Virus record (IMG/VR): IMGVR_UViG_3300027749_002909
Coordinates: 1 to 63,343 of that record
From: a virus
Taxonomy: Duplodnaviria > Caudoviricetes
DNA length: 63,343 nt
Strand: one strand, 5' to 3'
In this document: positions 1 to 6,789 of the stretch, piece after piece
Layout: each line of letters opens with the position of its first letter
Position numbering within the stretch: position 1 is the stretch's first letter
Position numbers and translations under genes: made by a program
Notes under the pieces: model-generated
The model's database searches: none
Seen by the model: only the letters and a program-made list of their open reading frames with translations
What the model was told of the DNA's origin: nothing

Positions 1-210
1 ACGGCTATACGCACACCAACCGAACATAACACATTGAGTAATAAAAATAGGGTACAGAATGATAAGAGGCGGAGTTGGTACAGTGAGCGCCATTGTGACC
101 GCACAGCCGATACTAAGAAACCAAGCCGTAATTTCAATGATAAAACGAAAAGCGTTTGTTGAATAGTCATGTTTGATGTAATTGAGTATATTAAGTACGA
201 TTAAATTCAT
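1..210 (-). CDS. Hypothetical membrane protein, truncated by the window edge (not in ORF track)
   Basis: Manual translation from ATG at 210: MNLIVLNILNYIKHDYSTNAFRFIIEITAWFLSIGCAVTMALTVPTPPLIILYPIFITQCVMFGWCAYSR..., open to position 1, two hydrophobic segments; overlaps the end of the upstream gene. Confidence 0.75.
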   Translation of the reverse strand, partial: MNLIVLNILNYIKHDYSTNAFRFIIEITAWFLSIGCAVTMALTVPTPPLIILYPIFITQCVMFGWCAYSR

Positions 211-700
211 GTTCGGCGATTACTTGTTGCAAAATTTCCACGACCATTTGATTCAATGTGATATCTCGCTTGTGTGCTTCCATTGCCAATTGCAACATAG
301 TATCATTATCTAAATCAATGGGTACTTGGATACGAGTATCAAACGTTTCATCATTAAAAATAGCCTCTGCCTTTTCTAGGAAATCTTCTTCTGTTTCCAA
401 GTCAATCCACTTAACGTCATCCCATGCTTGGTCAGGATCAACTTTACGTTCTGCTGACTCAATATATAATTCATCTTTGTAGTCTGGATTCAACCAACGA
501 TATGGCTTTTTATTTTCACCAGTACTGCAAACGTCTGCTTGGAAGATTTCTTGTGTCTCGGTACTGTATATTACGCTAGCGTGAGCATATTCGCTTTCAT
601 AGTCTAAGAATCGTGCTGTGGGGCCATAACAGTGCCATTGATACTCACTACCGCTAGTGATTTTGTGACTGAGTGCTTGATTAATTTTGCTTAGATGCAT
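191..700 (-). CDS. Hypothetical phage protein with C-terminal ribbon-helix-helix-like segment
   Basis: 169 aa; C-terminus IQVPIDLDNDTMLQLAMEAHKRDITLNQMVVEIL resembles RHH/HicB-type DNA-binding domains; TAATG coupling with upstream gene. Confidence 0.7.
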   Translation of the reverse strand: MHLSKINQALSHKITSGSEYQWHCYGPTARFLDYESEYAHASVIYSTETQEIFQADVCSTGENKKPYRWLNPDYKDELYIESAERKVDPDQAWDDVKWIDLETEEDFLEKAEAIFNDETFDTRIQVPIDLDNDTMLQLAMEAHKRDITLNQMVVEILQQVIAEHEFNRT

Positions 701-909
701 TATTTTTTCCCTTCAAGTTTTGTATAGTGTTCAATGATAGGTTCAATATTGTTATTATATATCTGTTCCATTGTTTTGTAAAGCATTTTGGCATCCTGGT
801 CTGTCATACCCGCTGTCCAAGATGGGTCATCAATAGGGTCTTTTCGTAATCCATAATCATGTCTGTAAGTATAGCACATGTCGGTAATAATTTGTTCTTT
901 AGTTTTCAT
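700..909 (-). CDS. Small hypothetical protein
   Basis: ORF track 700..927; start moved to ATG at 909 (MKTKEQ), which forms an ATGA overlap with the stop of 906..1217. Confidence 0.7.
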   Translation of the reverse strand: MKTKEQIITDMCYTYRHDYGLRKDPIDDPSWTAGMTDQDAKMLYKTMEQIYNNNIEPIIEHYTKLEGKK

Positions 910-1217
910 AATTTTAATAGTGCCCACATTGTGGTCTTTTCTAAATCAGTTTCAAATTCTGGATACACTTCATCCAATTTAGTTTGCTCAATTTTGGTAT
1001 AACCTTTGTCTAGCTTTTTAAGGAAAAATTTATGTACATCCCAGAGACTACCTTCAACCATTTTAGTTTGTAGCTTTTTGCCACGGCGCCCCCAAAAGGT
1101 TACATACTTACCATCATCACGGTAAGATGCGGTTGGTGTAATTAATTCAATCGCACCCCACACCTTGTCGGCATTTGTCTTTTCGTCTTTGTACCAACCA
1201 ATAAATTTATAGTCCAT
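906..1217 (-). CDS. WGR-domain-like protein
   Basis: Motifs DKVW, FWGRRG and KKLDKGY follow the WGR domain pattern. Confidence 0.6.
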   Translation of the reverse strand: MDYKFIGWYKDEKTNADKVWGAIELITPTASYRDDGKYVTFWGRRGKKLQTKMVEGSLWDVHKFFLKKLDKGYTKIEQTKLDEVYPEFETDLEKTTMWALLKL

Positions 1218-1240
1218 TATTTTTAACTTTGAAATAGTGT

Positions 1241-1450
1241 TTATTTGTTTCGTTCGTCCATTGACTTCATCATTGATTTCATCATAGTTGCCATTTTTTG
1301 CATAGCAACCTCAGGAGATTCTGTTTGACTACAAGCTGCCTTAACCTCTTGCTTTTGCCACTCTTTGGCTGCTTGGTCGCACAAGTCTTTGTTAGTATAA
1401 GTACCGGCTGTCTGTAATCCAGTTGCAGTGATAATCATTAATGCCCACAT
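1241..1450 (-). CDS. Small hypothetical protein
   Basis: 69 aa, hydrophobic N-terminus, two Cys; TAATG coupling and GGAG upstream. Confidence 0.65.
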   Translation of the reverse strand: MWALMIITATGLQTAGTYTNKDLCDQAAKEWQKQEVKAACSQTESPEVAMQKMATMMKSMMKSMDERNK

Positions 1451-1677
1451 TATTCTACTCCAAAATGTTCTTTAATGCTTTTTGATGCTAAACGTATTGC
1501 TCTATCCCAATCTTCGGCACTATCTTCTTCACCGCACTTGTTAACTTCCTTAATACATTCTGCCACAATCAGCTTGGCAAATTCTCTGTAATCAAAATCA
1601 CTCAACCCTTCACGATCACTACCATAGGGTGCAATTAGTCCTGCCTGTCTAGCAAGTTCTTTAATTCGTTCACTCAT
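1450..1677 (-). CDS. Small hypothetical phage protein
   Basis: 75 aa, MSERIKELARQAG...FAKLIVAECI...IKEHFGVE; coupled to both neighbours. Confidence 0.75.
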   Translation of the reverse strand: MSERIKELARQAGLIAPYGSDREGLSDFDYREFAKLIVAECIKEVNKCGEEDSAEDWDRAIRLASKSIKEHFGVE

Positions 1678-1877
1678 TTTGAGTCCTTATAAAATTTTGC
1701 AAGTTCTTTTTTGGTAACCAAGAAATGAAACCGTTTAGTTTCATTATAACATTGCTCATATCCCTGTTCACTGATTTGATAATTATGCAATTGAACAACA
1801 CGGTCATCGGCTAGTTCATCAGCAGTAAACAAAGGATATGAATACTCTTTACCTAGATATGTGATTGTGATATTCAT
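1674..1877 (-). CDS. Small hypothetical protein
   Basis: 67 aa, coupled by TAATG/ATGA overlaps. Confidence 0.65.
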   Translation of the reverse strand: MNITITYLGKEYSYPLFTADELADDRVVQLHNYQISEQGYEQCYNETKRFHFLVTKKELAKFYKDSK

Positions 1878-2014
1878 TACCTTACTCCAAATTGTTTATC
1901 CATTGCCTGTGCTATGTCGGCTATAAAGGATTCATAGTCAACACCTTCTTCGGCACAGACTTTTTTAGCCAATTCCACCACATGTTGAATTAACTGTTTT
2001 CTTGTTAGAATCAT
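1877..2014 (-). CDS. 45-aa hypothetical protein (not in ORF track)
   Basis: MILTRKQLIQHVVELAKKVCAEEGVDYESFIADIAQAMDKQFGVR*; fills the gap exactly with TAATG overlaps at both ends. Confidence 0.75.
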   Translation of the reverse strand: MILTRKQLIQHVVELAKKVCAEEGVDYESFIADIAQAMDKQFGVR

Positions 2015-2352
2015 TACTTAACTCCAAATGTGTTCAATGCTGGGTGCAATGTATTAATCAATAGTGTCTCACGTGCATGAGCAGGACGCTTACCACGCAC
2101 AACTTCAATAACACCGAATACAAAACGCTCGGCTCCACGTTCACGCAATGCACTAGACAGTCCCCAATCTTTGCGTTCAGTCATAGCACGTTGCATATGC
2201 TTTTGCATACGACGGACCAATGTCTTACGCACATTACCTGCAAAACACACCGCAGTCAAACCAATATAGTATTCAAGTGTTGCTGTATCTTGGATAAAAT
2301 ACAATACTTGATTACGATCAGTTCTACGTTTACGGGCGATTTTTGAGTTCAT
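2014..2352 (-). CDS. GIY-YIG nuclease family protein
   Basis: VLYFIQ...EYYIGLT, R-x-x-x-H (RRMQKH), E of ARETLLI and terminal LN match GIY-YIG motifs; start moved to ATG at 2352, just downstream of the promoter. Confidence 0.7.
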   Translation of the reverse strand: MNSKIARKRRTDRNQVLYFIQDTATLEYYIGLTAVCFAGNVRKTLVRRMQKHMQRAMTERKDWGLSSALRERGAERFVFGVIEVVRGKRPAHARETLLINTLHPALNTFGVK

Positions 2353-2358
2353 AAGTGT

Positions 2359-2387
2359 ATTATATACACAAAGCCATTTAACGTCAA
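2359..2387 (-). promoter_or_regulatory. Sigma70-type early promoter
   Basis: TTGACG-N17-TATAAT on the minus strand, 6 nt before ATG at 2352, heading the small-gene array. Confidence 0.85.
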
Positions 2388-2402
2388 GCCTGGAATTTGG
2401 TG

Positions 2403-2471
2403 GCAAAATAGGATTTTGCTATATGAAATGCTTAATTTTTAAGCAGTTTTAGACTGTTGTATTTTTACAAC
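2403..2471. repeat. Three short inverted repeats upstream of the early promoter
   Basis: GCAAAAT-agg-ATTTTGC (2403-2419), TGCTTAA-ttt-TTAAGCA (2429-2445), GTTGTA-tttt-TACAAC (2456-2471). Confidence 0.6.
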
Positions 2472-2935
2472 GGATTTTCAGGGGTTTCTTTAGGAGATTC
2501 TAGTAGATACTCATAGTTGGTAGTATCTATATTTTCTCTAAAAATGATAGCACCATTCTTAAGATGGAATCTTCGGGCCAAGTTAGTCTTAGGGCTTAGT
2601 GTCACAAATCTAGTAACGCTAGGATATTGTGATTGGATTCCCTTTACTGCTTGATACAGTAATTCTTTTCCTTTGCCGCTTTTGTAACTCCAGATAGTGT
2701 AGAATATTGCGGTAGTAGGAACTGTTGATGTTTTCTTTAACCCTTCAACATCTTCGGGAACGAAATCATGAAAGCTAACACAAACCATTGCTTCTGGTTG
2801 TTGTTCTTCGTCAGTTAGTGCTGCTACAACTCTGCCATCACTAACTCTAAAGTCAGTAGATATTTCAGGACGAACCGGATCGTCTTTGATAAAACTCAAT
2901 AGTGTGTGTGATAGGTCTGTGATAAATTGAAACAT
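2465..2935 (-). CDS. GNAT-fold protein with malonyl-CoA decarboxylase-like catalytic motifs
   Basis: AIFYTI...GKELL...RFVTLSP...ARRFHLKNGA parallels the AIFYSI, TLSP and FHLxNGA motifs of the MCD catalytic domain. Confidence 0.55.
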   Translation of the reverse strand: MFQFITDLSHTLLSFIKDDPVRPEISTDFRVSDGRVVAALTDEEQQPEAMVCVSFHDFVPEDVEGLKKTSTVPTTAIFYTIWSYKSGKGKELLYQAVKGIQSQYPSVTRFVTLSPKTNLARRFHLKNGAIIFRENIDTTNYEYLLESPKETPENPL

Positions 2936-2980
2936 GATATTGTTATTTATGCGTATATTATAAAAACAGAATTTATCTAT

Positions 2981-3006
2981 AAAAATAGGGACCGAAGCCC
3001 CTATTT
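2981..3006 (-). terminator. Rho-independent terminator after tmRNA
   Basis: AAATAGGGG-C(TTCG)G-TCCCTATTTTT: stem with C-UUCG-G tetraloop ending in a U run. Confidence 0.85.
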
Positions 3007-3440
3007 GCTATTTTTGGTTACAAGGTATAACTACCTCGGGTATCATGCCGCTAGGGCAAATACCTCGTCATTAGATGCGTTTGCATTTAAAAGGTTTTGT
3101 GTCTACGGCCGAGTCTCCCCAACCCTAACGGCTTCTACATTGCCGGACTGTCCATTTCTGTACTCTTGACCCAATCGATCCTGTGTCAGGCCCATTAATA
3201 ATATATCACTCGTGCAGTCTGTTAAATTTTTTCATTTTATCAGATGCATACGTAGTAAAAAACATTGGAAAGATTCCGTGTATCAATAAAGCGATTCCCA
3301 TTGACCACGTAAAAGCCAAATGCTCAATGTACCCCATTCCAACGTCTTTTAAGTGTTTCATAATAAATTATTGGTGGACCTGGCGGGCACTGCCCCCGCG
3401 TCTTGAATCCTTTTCTATCTACTTCATACAGTCTTAACTC
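3007..3440 (-). ncRNA. ssrA: Circularly permuted (two-piece) tmRNA gene: acceptor piece ~3440-3372, intervening segment 3371-3194, coding piece 3193-~3007
   Basis: 3' tRNA-like half GCGGG-GGCAGTG-CCCGC-CAGGTCC-A-CCA ends at 3372, upstream of the 5' half GGGCCTG-ACACAGGATCGA starting at 3193; 7-bp acceptor stem with G3.U70; tag frame 3084-3043 = ANASNDEVFALAA*; outer ends approximate. Confidence 0.93.
3206..3361 (-). CDS. 51-aa hydrophobic protein inside the tmRNA intervening segment (DUF6356-like; not in ORF track)
   Basis: MKHLKDVGMGYIEHLAFTWSMGIALLIHGIFPMFFTTYASDKMKKFNRLHE*; occupies 156 of 178 nt of the segment; H-xxx-VG-xx-Y-x-EH...IH-xx-FP-xx-F-xxx-AS pattern recalled from DUF6356. Confidence 0.75.
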   Translation of the reverse strand: MKHLKDVGMGYIEHLAFTWSMGIALLIHGIFPMFFTTYASDKMKKFNRLHE

Positions 3441-3572
3441 TTACTTAACTGTTTCTGTATGCTTGCCTTTAAAACTTTTCTTTAGTAGTTTAAGCCAAAG
3501 TACTTTGGCTTTTACTAAATTATGTTTTAACTCAGCACGGTTAAGTTTTAATATTAGTTTTTTAGTTTTCAT
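3441..3572 (-). CDS. 43-aa highly basic protein upstream of tmRNA (not in ORF track)
   Basis: MKTKKLILKLNRAELKHNLVKAKVLWLKLLKKSFKGKHTETVK*; ATG 4 nt after GATAAATA. Confidence 0.6.
   Translation of the reverse strand: MKTKKLILKLNRAELKHNLVKAKVLWLKLLKKSFKGKHTETVK
3492..3511. repeat. Perfect 20-bp palindrome
   Basis: AAGCCAAAGT|ACTTTGGCTT, flanked by TTTAGTA (3481-3487) and TACTAAA (3513-3519). Confidence 0.9.
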
Positions 3573-3576
3573 ACTA

Positions 3577-3584
3577 TATTTATC
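3577..3584 (-). promoter_or_regulatory. T4-late-like promoter (GATAAATA), likely driving the small ORF and tmRNA
   Basis: Same TAAATA core sits in intergenic gaps at 2944, 6790, 15158, 30312, 31314, 33563, 34343, 56519 and 57008. Confidence 0.7.
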
Positions 3585-3595
3585 ATGTATTGATT

Positions 3596-4183
3596 CTACT
3601 TGTTTGCAAGTGGATTGTCAATAGCTTTTTGTATCTTTTGGTCAATTTCTCGTTTCAATTGTTCCACTTCTTTTGAAATTTCTCTACGTGCCGATGCCAT
3701 TTCACTACGAACTGCTGCTGCTTCTGAACGGGCCTTATCTAAATCTTCTCTAACACCCTTACGCATTTCACGCATTTCGCCTTCAGTTTCACGTTGAGCA
3801 GTTTTTACACTGCGTTCAACTTGTTCTGTTACTGACTCATTGCGGCGAATATCACTCTTTAGGTCGTTCTTGATGTCACGAGTGTAGTCGCTGGTTTTGC
3901 CTGATGTTTCTTCAATAACTGCCAGTCGCTTGTCAAAGCCCGATAAGTCTGGTGCTGAGTATTCAGTTATCTTTTTCTTCATGCCCTGGTAGTCCTTGTA
4001 AACTTCAAAGGCACCATACAATCCACCCAGCAATGTACTTGCTAGTGTCGCTGCTACCATAAGTTTGGCAGGGGTAAATTCATATCCACCAATTGAGATA
4101 ACTGTGTCTTTGCTGGCATACTTCTTTACCGCTGCTTCAGCTTGGTCAATCTTTGCGTCAACGCTTTTGATTTCTTCTGTCAT
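3596..4183 (-). CDS. Membrane-anchored coiled-coil protein
   Basis: One hydrophobic helix (LMVAATLASTLLGGLYGAF) then long heptad-rich region ending DNPLANK; start moved to ATG 4183 with AAGGAA upstream. Confidence 0.75.
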   Translation of the reverse strand: MTEEIKSVDAKIDQAEAAVKKYASKDTVISIGGYEFTPAKLMVAATLASTLLGGLYGAFEVYKDYQGMKKKITEYSAPDLSGFDKRLAVIEETSGKTSDYTRDIKNDLKSDIRRNESVTEQVERSVKTAQRETEGEMREMRKGVREDLDKARSEAAAVRSEMASARREISKEVEQLKREIDQKIQKAIDNPLANK

Positions 4184-4187
4184 TTTA

Positions 4188-6203
4188 TTATTCCTTATTG
4201 TATTGACTGTCAACTATTTGCTTCCAACGAGTTTCATTGGCTCCGCTGAGTTGACGTTGTGCGGATCTATTATCTACTGTGGCCTTGTAGTATTGTTTTG
4301 CTACTGTAGCGCCCAGTGCGTCTGGTACCAGACTGTTTTGATATGCGCTAAAGCCCGGCACATATCCTATCAAGCCCACTAGTAGTCCTTGTGTAGCTGT
4401 TTGTGCTTCCATGGTTGCTGCCCGGCTGACATCTTTAGCTAGTTCTTTGGCTTTTTCTGTTGCTGCTGATCTAGCTGCTGCTGCATTACCACCGGCTTTC
4501 TTTTCTACACTGGCCACAGCACTGTCAGTTTTCTTGGCATCAACCTTTTGTTCTGCTGCTGCACCCGGAGGAGGTGGCGGGGGAGGTGCAGATGCTGAGT
4601 TCATTGTGCTGGCACTAGGCGGTGAATTGATTACTGATATAGGGGAAGTAACTGAAGTTGCTGATGTAGCGGATGGTGCTGCCACAACCGAATCCACTGT
4701 AGAGTTTCCCGTTGCAGACACTGCATTAGAAGGATCATTGCGTTGAACTTCCACTGTAGTGGTCAGTGCTGAATTAACAGCAGTGGTCACAGCAGGGTCT
4801 AGATTCACAAGATACTTGATAGCATAGGCTGTTTTGTATCCTGTGCATTTGTTGCTGAACAAGCTGTCCAACAAGCACTGCTGATTTAAATATGCTTCTG
4901 CATAGCCGGGGCAATCAGTTGCATATAACGGACTTGCTGTACATTGTTGATTTTTATAAGCGGCGGCGTACCCAGTGCAATCAGATGCATATAATGGACT
5001 TAATGAACACTGTTGAGTTTTGTAAGCAGCCGCATAGCCGGGGCAGTCAGTTGCATACAATGCGTTTGCTGTACATTGTTGAGTTTTGTAGGCAGCAGCA
5101 TAACCGGGGCAGTCACTTGCATACAGTGCATTTATACTGCATTGTTGAGTTTTGTATGCTGCTGCATATCCTGCACAGTCACTTGCATACAACGGACTTA
5201 ATGAACATTGTTGAATTTTGTAGGCAGACGCATAGCCAGGACAATCAGTTGCATACAATGAACTAGCTGTGCATTGCTGTGTTTTGTAGGCTGCTGCGTA
5301 CCCCGTACAGTCACTTGCATACAATGCATTTATGCTGCACTGTTGATCGTGATAGGCAACAGCGTAGCCAGGACAGTCAGTTGCATATAACGGACTTGCT
5401 GTACATTGTTGAGTTTTGTAAGCTGCCGCATAGCCTGGACAGTCAGTTGCGTAAAATGGATTAGCGTTGCACTGCTGAGTTTTGTAGGCAGTAGCATATC
5501 CAGGACAAGTGGTTGCATACAGGGAGTTTGCTGCACACCGTTGGTCATAGTAAGCCTGCTGATATCCTGGACAAGCCGAATTATACAAAGGATTAGAACT
5601 GCATTGCTGTGAAAAATATGCTTGGGCATAACCTGGGCAAGTACTGTCATACAAGGAATTAGCACTACACCGTTGAGCAAACACCGCAGCGGCATAACCT
5701 GAGCAAGTGGTAGAACTCAATGGATCAGCAGCACACGGATCAGCGGTGTATACTGCTTTGCTATACATGTCATAAATGCTGGCGTTGCCATTTATCCCTG
5801 GCGTCATTTTAAATGTGCCCAGGGTTGTTATATCTCGTGCATTGTTAAATCTATATTGATAATTTTGATTACCAGATTGCCATACACCCTGATGAGACCA
5901 GGTTTGATTATAAATGCTGATATTCCCACTGTCTCTGATGTTTATGTTAACATTAGCATAGTTTGCCATCCACCAGGAGCAACTGCCGTCCTGATTGGTT
6001 GCCGTGCATTGGGTATTGCCAAATGAGTATTTGTATCCGTAATCAAAACCGTGTATTTGTACACCGGCACCTACTGAACTCAGGGCCTGATTGATGGCAT
6101 AGATTTGAGCCCCGGTAGTTCCAGGCAGCAGATTACCACTAATAGTCTGTGCCGTTGTACAGCCAATACACAGCATTAACAATAACGCTGCTAGTTGCTT
6201 CAT
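4188..6203 (-). CDS. Exported Cys-rich tandem-repeat protein
   Basis: Signal-peptide-like N-terminus; 14 repeats of QQC-x9-C-[PTAS]GY-xx-AY; Ser/Thr/Pro linker with poly-Pro; Ala-rich C-terminus. Confidence 0.85.
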   Translation of the reverse strand: MKQLAALLLMLCIGCTTAQTISGNLLPGTTGAQIYAINQALSSVGAGVQIHGFDYGYKYSFGNTQCTATNQDGSCSWWMANYANVNINIRDSGNISIYNQTWSHQGVWQSGNQNYQYRFNNARDITTLGTFKMTPGINGNASIYDMYSKAVYTADPCAADPLSSTTCSGYAAAVFAQRCSANSLYDSTCPGYAQAYFSQQCSSNPLYNSACPGYQQAYYDQRCAANSLYATTCPGYATAYKTQQCNANPFYATDCPGYAAAYKTQQCTASPLYATDCPGYAVAYHDQQCSINALYASDCTGYAAAYKTQQCTASSLYATDCPGYASAYKIQQCSLSPLYASDCAGYAAAYKTQQCSINALYASDCPGYAAAYKTQQCTANALYATDCPGYAAAYKTQQCSLSPLYASDCTGYAAAYKNQQCTASPLYATDCPGYAEAYLNQQCLLDSLFSNKCTGYKTAYAIKYLVNLDPAVTTAVNSALTTTVEVQRNDPSNAVSATGNSTVDSVVAAPSATSATSVTSPISVINSPPSASTMNSASAPPPPPPPGAAAEQKVDAKKTDSAVASVEKKAGGNAAAARSAATEKAKELAKDVSRAATMEAQTATQGLLVGLIGYVPGFSAYQNSLVPDALGATVAKQYYKATVDNRSAQRQLSGANETRWKQIVDSQYNKE
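4823..5741 (-). repeat. Coding tandem repeat, 66-nt period, 14 degenerate units
   Basis: Units such as QQCTASPLYATDCPGYAAAYKT counted from the translation. Confidence 0.9.
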
Positions 6204-6676
6204 TTTTCACGCACAATAGCAGGGATACGAGCAGGTTCAGCGTCCCAGATTGCCTTGGCTTCTGCACCAATCTTGCCGTCAACAGGGCAGGGTGTCCCTG
6301 CATTCATCATGGCGTCAAACACTCTACGGTCTTGACACATGGCAGCAACAGCAGCCACTTTCATACCCATGTCATACAGAGTCTTGCTCAACTTTAAACG
6401 TTCGCAGTTGTAGTCAATTCGTGTGCCACCAAAGCTGATACCAAAGATTTGCGTTTGTGCTGCTCCACTAAAGCCTGTTACACAGATGTCACTATTGATG
6501 CTGGTAACGCTGGGCGCAATAGCACTAGGGGGAGGGCTGACTACAGTGGTCTTGCTGTCGCTGATGCTGCTGGTCTTGCTGTCGCTGGTGGATTGAGTCA
6601 CAATTGGGTCTGACTGTGCTTGAGCCAGCATACAAATGCCCATGCTCAGTACTACCACTAGTTGTTTTAAATTCAT
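6200..6676 (-). CDS. Exported hypothetical protein with four Cys in the mature part
   Basis: Signal peptide ending AQA; PPPSAIAPS, DIC, NCERLKLSK, CQD, GTPCP; ATGA overlap with 4188..6203. Confidence 0.8.
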   Translation of the reverse strand: MNLKQLVVVLSMGICMLAQAQSDPIVTQSTSDSKTSSISDSKTTVVSPPPSAIAPSVTSINSDICVTGFSGAAQTQIFGISFGGTRIDYNCERLKLSKTLYDMGMKVAAVAAMCQDRRVFDAMMNAGTPCPVDGKIGAEAKAIWDAEPARIPAIVREK

Positions 6677-6789
6677 TATTAATCCTTTTATTATTATTAA
6701 AAGGTAGAATTAATAGTTAGCCACCCTGGCATCACGCAGGACAGTAAGACTTATTATTTTTCTTATTGTGTTTATCTACCCTTAACTAC

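Noticed and set aside
2014-2352. Intron-encoded homing endonuclease
   Set aside because: No interrupted host gene or group I intron features seen; short protein with its own promoter
3372-3402. Stand-alone tRNA-Ala or an att-site remnant
   Set aside because: No anticodon arm; its pairing partner and the tag frame lie downstream, as expected for a permuted tmRNA; no integrase nearby
2927-3624. Plus-strand ORFs 2927..3169, 3183..3437 and 3403..3624
   Set aside because: Antisense to the tmRNA, its terminator and better-supported small minus-strand ORFs
4823-5741. 66-nt periodic repeats resembling a CRISPR array
   Set aside because: Units are degenerate, in frame within a protein, vary at third codon positions and have no unique spacers; no cas genes in the window
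4188-6203. Cys-repeat protein as a sactipeptide/ranthipeptide substrate of the radical SAM enzymes
   Set aside because: It has a signal peptide and paired cysteines that fit disulfides, and is in a separate transcription unit; no positive evidence
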